DNA from: Candidatus Omnitrophota bacterium
GTDB taxonomy: Bacteria > Omnitrophota > Gorgyraeia > JAFGHF01
Assembly (NCBI GenBank): GCA_020341815.1
Contig: CP070837.1
Coordinates: 1,108,575 to 1,172,574 of the forward strand
DNA length: 64,000 bases
Reading direction: 5' to 3'
Both the position numbers and the translations under genes were made by a program. This document shows, piece after piece, positions 63,001-64,000 of this stretch (the first letter of the stretch is position 1; the number at the start of each line of letters is the position of its first letter). Under the pieces are notes generated by a model that saw only the letters and a list, made by a program, of their open reading frames with translations, had not been told where the DNA came from and made no database searches.

Positions 63001-64000
63001 GTGAGATTAATTCGGGAATGTCCGGAGGCCTGGATATTTTACAACATATAGGGACCAGTACTGCATTGTTACGAAAACATATGGGTGATGCTCAAGTAGG
63101 GCATTTTTCGAAAGATAACTTTAAAGGGTATAAACTTGCCTACATAACAGATAATCGTGAAAAGATGTTGCAATTAATTACTGATTTATTAATAGGACAA
63201 GACGGAAGAACAGCCGCTGTCCGTTCTATAATGGAAAATATTCTGGATCAAAGACGTAAAGCAAAAGTAGAGTTTGTAAGTTGTAATGACAATCCATCTT
63301 CATATGAATATAAGAGGGGATGGATGAGGGCCAATAGCGTGACTGTAGCGCAATTATTTAATTTGAGTTCGGCATTAGGTATTGATGCGGAGCAGGGGTT
63401 AAATCAGGAAATTTTGAAGTTACTTGCATTATTTTCTCCTGTTTCTTCTTTTGATTTGGAAAACTGGAGAAGGTATGCGCGAGAAGTAAACAGGATGTAC
63501 CATAACGTTTCTTTAGGTGTTAATGAAGATTTTGCTCAATCTTTGACAATTGCTGAATATAGTCCTGAAATGCTTTGGTCGACATTAATCCATGAGGTAA
63601 AATTAGAAAAAGGTATTAATGCGCCGATTTTTAAACACACTTTAAAACAGGCGCAAAATAAAAAATATTTAGATTCTCCCTTAGCTTTTCCTATGGATTC
63701 CTTATTGTTGGAGCTAAAAAGAGAGGAAGACGGGCGCTTGCATAAATCTCCAAACAGAATGGCAAAGCGCGCTTTATTTGAAATAATGGTAGGACATTCT
63801 TTAACCAACATAAAATATAGAGAGTATTTGCAGGTTTACGAAAGCATAAGTAATGTTTCTCCTATATATAAAAGAGCAATTAAAAAGATGCCTATTTCGG
63901 TCTTGCTGGCAGGAGATATTTCTAACACTTATCATTACCTATTAAATTCAAATTATCTTCCTAAGAGAAGCAAAGAGTATAAAGCATTGCAAGAAGCTAT
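48060..64000 (+). CDS. Giant protein, 3'-partial (>5300 aa in window): N-terminal signal-anchor, internal hydrophobic segments, TPR repeats
   Basis: ATG lies 1 nt after the upstream stop. The frame (pos mod 3 = 0) is uninterrupted to the window end. The ORF track shows only out-of-frame small ORFs here. N-terminal TM WLKIVACIVIAAFL, a TPR-like region at ~58900-59530 and hydrophobic stretches at ~57550-57800. Confidence 0.7.
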   Translation, partial: MEKDKPDAQLNRRRKKGEKAEGRSLRDTGLSLWFDPYHKKWLKIVACIVIAAFLHQDIVWAAGPEGIEDLKLMFERPARRVMERIASLFTIKDAYAFDCNYRDNAPTSTSGWGGTDYGFAVQQIRNNPQYNQVSMPDNFPVISPSLGFLGMSKDLMNPSGYYPGISPDPSSGPLLPLSIPHQVITQNGYIFNCQVPYPGTNGPVKLESIEKWTSGLGKINYFPSAGIGKVYNISQEEIGKFNTFEKICNVYDGNEYGGFNSSYLTQSLYNYYPVASAYNFADSHLNNPFTQMNFYNNNNEWRASLTRDNTKSFLWQGQGLLNNHSAVMDVFGKTSNVCVAPNEKIDWHANRATVSFSDGGSWKQEINLGARYKEARGGFLGIGREHIKTEISSGIAAGSYYNPQGKFEFGSLVSPYASSNQAIDALASYSQRQTKGKKTIFEQENRPGRMYVEFDGRGNIKAYAKINDAQFRTFEKFSPNLIATGSGGGGISNKQLPYTVASYARENKTNIFNAEGNNIGEFSRQLVFELKGLNSTRKNTLEFNAESGVFALERGLSGKNYIFDKGNAVVLNNNNIIGGFNLSEKAPEVIGVITKDIRFNGFDLASPGLLPDSWKQKLTAEKDAGLFLGEDLGHGVKRIGVAGLTDERGLVGISTPESTTFSAPTPQAPGGFASLSPQRKIAEVIENARAGKSDVTLNVTPDSGLKLPFESTLYFPLSGGNPFEQGNVTFANPSNLSNDIIAGVKVMDALKVDTLTIKTGFEPDFLAENPLVYEAKYQLKDPGIGLLQRTYTKEGLYFAPKKKGDSITVSNRRKFQGEGALVWDVNGEFSATFQKMDSDEIIKKTLPHGFVSVKELGEKASYLQDMVPLSADLSKSLQKPVLSDAYNAKGEKVGPQGVGNITAQLVNSQKEAVYRAEFVENKEGYLISPRLEEKGASPLAASSQETPYLENMPTIEVASALKFNPDDEHASIMAVDKLYMQLGFNQFGEFFARPFLNNVAIANKTDEKILWANREIEGKKEKLLWLPADEYKVTNKKENVSDDDEYSIKAENETINITNPLIHFGPDGSEHTSLTEKMSLFERTLSGEFSAITPIKEMSLVVGEEEGIQQLEEEISYSENGIKRTYSSEEIEVYAKLTPGGGFYHYLKGHDAKGELGKGTYTESYNNKTLENEGAYTTIVEGDLRIQGIDEAFRVLPEKGSGGQGKPIVERVEVEVTKAFAEIDNVLIGRATSGKLSADFKPFMGANGEDYLNPLFDARGVTEKIIIGAKDKLFHYLREEEETGFVGNPYDEEVSFVVNHPYDTNAIEISNIQKGETDDLELYQIRTSLIYGPVTQATRNLVVKGGLIDDKESKTYIKAQEREDTVVDGVAKEHNFAPDKWHELISQDTYSTSPLWLSIKDPDSEEVFLLEYPFSKVYSARSVPVGEAERIVIDFSEVEKAAGQKDASLALINYIKAKVANVADKALEECSKDLPLSVRQEIAQYLRKAVAELPTVLNDFIQQRAHLQLFAKVIEAKNPDFAKWLLNNKFGAELREKLLTLTLLAQTPYLRPSPDNSCVAITALFAVLDEKLGPANLLFNGAVIWDSPNPEKDQPGHIAPQFANFFKPGSPIFVFEGAYRKSGNFNLIHPVTGNYYGKKFGPAWVLNENGEQVFITAGTTYAQGLKGVPYYWGLTNNFFGEKALGIVAERLKTKENRESAVSALYYLALNSPMSASNKKGIEILLEAKDASPAKLNRFFVSTFRGKYSFGFMGLPDKSTSFSSYGSPVVHTDENGVIIDKETMAFIFTCKEAERYSKEILYMQLSGVKKQLGEALEDMSVEEQTEAIREKITEYYVVGPEDNEVLEAITPDITDFLRAEGSEEKEWDAVSEMVGKIDGPLFDFKQIVMHATREGNEGKVVASLEKDGNKHITEDYVVTLTEGLINPSAESKLPAFNMSKFETASGSLPAPTKSKEGKQGKENRPEGDYELAVQKLFFGEETSPWTNLYTLLKGKVAFGPEWFYVASGYLDEGSSITYKAAKGTTFAHPFLGPVALEKANKIKVTYAKEEGNIVPTTLFSKKGEIAPYLPLIELAQSQPREGESQKEFYLRAWHGGKWTVDKEKQDGKDYNVYYPKKDVSLGVSGAMVLSNEGPVYYSPEKVYYHKSNIKGLEGMIATFKADSVWDEGSFNLVDANLKNLPSMKFDVFLPQFDKNSKPALSVEERDLRLIGLTFEEYDANPTHGPRTEMGFNDLQEEIFARLCASASIEKRDLDLIGLTFEEYDANPTHGPRTETGFKALQMETFARLYALIQPPSVSIPEQTGKRPYTDEALEFAAEQVTFLNLSSNPARAHGKVSRAAFINRPLSYLISAAGVVPTSLNFIMKGPLNDQGRHRYSFSKIAPNYNQHSGAAVIYTYIYPVDANGNRVENMEDWYPQVYPGFYASSGKFYFGNGQWTGNEGNARGFHYTYSKENNFESIVGLKYVQQLDGLPVTGAYRMQEHDVPIVKGMPVSVKGDEIYYNGAGDVYLNANKTHFDLYAQGEQTGFSGIVVTENKTLSEADEERIRGALINAAIFPKDGGFFSQALLNFGEGGIYHPVVNVKGESKNIYPELTLGEIAAGFSENGVYNFTGLKDYRTQTGFAFTSPIATGTPRQHALSPYFKSLAINIPGGKTLEVGDNTLVGKVVFDEDGKITDGVLMNKASDASVLYQYLCDELVAELAPKIGTRFEDLMDEKTFSEELKRQLGYKENKLISAFLYIPRFLGYAPSRKDILDAKYVGPLANGINNILVFREDAIFDKQFIVVIGQDSKIMVREIFGEIKPGILTPSLLRIVDEWNLSPDRHHIIDVTKGDFIYVPEEGIDLGDGYRLFPDTLFSDEKILAPTADGVEEVEYLGGKYYFAGHKLSELGPAYYYDYAIRPRDKTTARLLGRIIKKGDPDFELVMGESKTIDGVEFSLDMENNFLLKKGEKTYRVANGGINLYKIEDKKIKQDYALKSGSKMLVTEESNVYLMDEKGDIEYYGNLANLPDGTILYSPDNIFKFEVEQHGSWFGGPELIFAGINRPDKLKSEMDGYTFLNVAGIFKNDAHRALYKYMQVKNKTVFKSDNLARYKWFLQGDEGEETGFKIESESMLTQINSSAYLIASLEKAVKAGKIDGATAYKVLYNTLPEGVVRAAFSPSDLKVIDRGDYIDMGVKLGVTALVLLPGMAAQHVMAAKLLSIGKAAAKETAATVFAQQALTPTALAFQTLGVLGAGGAIFFTADNVLSLSFRGRLLRGKEAAQSVVDGIGAAGLTLGISQLAGAAYLNRYVLGLGGVEALAENQQAANQLAEFLYSHTTKAAGTNKVATMIGDKHFANVLFGDGLCGSLAQSFSNTWLGKYTMLSIPKILANSVVFSTSFFKNTAYEGPAVFAAMVGPSFTLIGAPFNYVRNRPIWGVNPYTGAPQSLAPALWRSFWSSGKHGIYGGHLITALWNPGINSGGYFEWLGYHMGLFERTYKHLELLGSPMNVKEFIAKDLATLAKDALAVNRFITLPGTFSGFLSSMDKFAMFAFNTTLGEIAINELLQNVVPLHKWYYKWAHGKDLPYYEEAQVRDVWASAGGYWLALLFPHGPNDPVFAAYNKPALKPMKKGLKALNQKDYSKAEKYFSEAAKWSPLNAQIHNYLGAAQQGAGYTDQAIGSFNTAAKLAAKSTQPGSAKLQDNAEYARLNLRAQNALKDGKFKQAERLYQKAIKKNPEAGENHYNLAIAQMNLHRPADAVKDSFAKAAQLAYKAGNKELRDGAISNYLKVKASADYAGAEKWLTKAARISPTAENYELLGDIQLGAEKIKEAKASYTMALEILRRTNGKGDFGLRLKGKVLLVGNINPSDSSPLGKKIKKAKIDLHKANTQGNPAVVGDKGIGKGDKGSQDILQAIEFAYKHLDDTILNPQGSNYTPKMKIFGGINPQQAKDNPALVAKEKKAVAAAGLRNRVTQGLQVTNTQPIIILPNYNPLTKILGGINGNDAQKNPELARKEKELAAREEARRFFQSCHNLMGDKTKKYSVDMEKVQIEAALILTKPIGENNRGPYTNVNNAGGKTFIVTESQLYLMLRYGYNAIILTANDTLSPAYTDEDSAPGMRYSQRDFVQKIGEQFGRNISIEDLDVLYKKIHMLESKGDIKGAKEAVKQMAEILANRDILKVISTTTRGYLEHMAEGYLGEIPGLSDALNMLKNPDNSTSIMVDEIDQIGTENRQFTVSSKSNPLKEGTAEQLRTKELTEQAFNLAQESIKANEFKMVNLLESQEGQESYEELASKGILTGYMDGMAGTGNITSGRLLLSKAVFEKFNQYPKGLVQSVFEGIFYTFGSKDFLTLHQDADGALRLVAAVEQGKADSNLIQSNLARTIAATLQYNAEHGDYLLNRYGKLLEVDDINITTQTSRRSSALVQFHGARVAGITASPRSAGPVLESKLGLQYIGQEAVSAEGTPLPDNIKFKVVGKIDAETLADEIQTLSDARGTLILFPETNSVNHTNHEFNKLGKETKIFNSEQAKEMRRSKGDIIISGPEAGRGVDFTDNPDVIINNGHLVPREEITHWVYRTNRNQELLQQGQKGKVIIIMEKDSLEEMFSKGEAKLKELAKNGEGADLFPSDLFDGVEKGVSTKDTLTKIQNNPDSAESQKLARALWEKAGRYAEAIKVSQSADKAIANQYYESRISEPLQFYRSEGFSEGDVKFAVHMINRIERGEYSDVPELKDSLLSRAERIRLLSEASWKQTVRLFQDMLALQIGGKGLSDEGKLLIEAELTFAEQQMSNEATQYGHLSLVPKDWNAWRSPVPRASQFRTPDGAVDIDKFIQASSLIHNDILIIAKNLGKKVVPSRIVESNLGDNVSSAIGNSAEKVMPELRSNADQPKIPTQSEDLLRRMDKAMVKNRPADYDQKKADIKEWLDKSGSSDDIVFPGIVRGVAALTRASKEERKDINKGLKEIDPLTGITPLSEDGRVTMLEAFEFMKGLMDAGTLNMSEINSGMSGGLDILQHIGTSTALLRKHMGDAQVGHFSKDNFKGYKLAYITDNREKMLQLITDLLIGQDGRTAAVRSIMENILDQRRKAKVEFVSCNDNPSSYEYKRGWMRANSVTVAQLFNLSSALGIDAEQGLNQEILKLLALFSPVSSFDLENWRRYAREVNRMYHNVSLGVNEDFAQSLTIAEYSPEMLWSTLIHEVKLEKGINAPIFKHTLKQAQNKKYLDSPLAFPMDSLLLELKREEDGRLHKSPNRMAKRALFEIMVGHSLTNIKYREYLQVYESISNVSPIYKRAIKKMPISVLLAGDISNTYHYLLNSNYLPKRSKEYKALQEA
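54672..54930 (+). repeat. Near-perfect 138-bp tandem duplication inside the giant gene (RDL(R/D)LIGLTFEEYDANPTHGPRTE(M/T)GF...)
   Basis: ~120 nt are nearly identical between 54672-54790 and 54810-54928. The copies are in frame, so 46 aa are repeated. Confidence 0.85.

Overview
All credible genes in this 64-kb bacterial window are on the + strand; every minus-strand ORF in the track looks like antisense noise. The first ~25 kb is housekeeping: a partial NYN-domain gene, nagA–glmS–rsmI, and a large membrane-anchored ChaN/Tiki-like + receiver-domain protein. Then comes a pyrimidine operon (pyrR-pyrB-pyrC ... pyrK-pyrD-pyrF-pyrE) with a PyrR-binding leader. It is interrupted by a Mut7-C RNase gene, an EndoQ-like PHP nuclease gene, flavodoxin, tRNA-Arg, a LOG/TIGR00725-like gene and mutM. 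It runs straight into a complete F-type ATP synthase operon (atpZ-I-B-E-F-H-A-G-D-C), followed by a tRNA-Val/Asp/Phe/Thr cluster. Downstream of the tRNA cluster the character changes. A truncated MerR-like HTH mini-protein, a basic zinc-ribbon protein and a SurA-like PPIase precede a tad/cpa pilus locus (cpaB, cpaC secretin, tadB, tadC). The secretin carries a C-terminal TonB_C-like domain, and the locus has a CpaE::CpaF (TadZ::TadA) fusion ATPase. It also has an unusually expanded array of 12 Flp-type pilin paralogs with near-identical 5' ends and long divergent C-terminal tails, two TadE-like genes and one TadG-like gene. The pilin array is preceded by a sigma70-like promoter, a ~140-nt highly structured leader (GEMM-like GGGGCGCAAAGCC motif) and two intrinsic-terminator-like hairpins. 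Immediately after tadC come a 1480-aa secreted Gly/Pro-rich protein with an HEXXH motif and a giant ORF that starts at 48060 and is still open at the window end (>5300 aa). That giant ORF has an N-terminal membrane anchor, a TPR region and an internal 138-bp tandem duplication. The Tad pilus locus with multiple pilins and giant surface proteins is the most likely candidate for an undescribed adhesion/attachment system. Organism identity cannot be determined from sequence alone (giant genes plus Tad pili are reminiscent of uncultivated lineages such as Omnitrophota, but this is a guess). No CRISPR arrays, rRNA genes or clear IS elements were seen.
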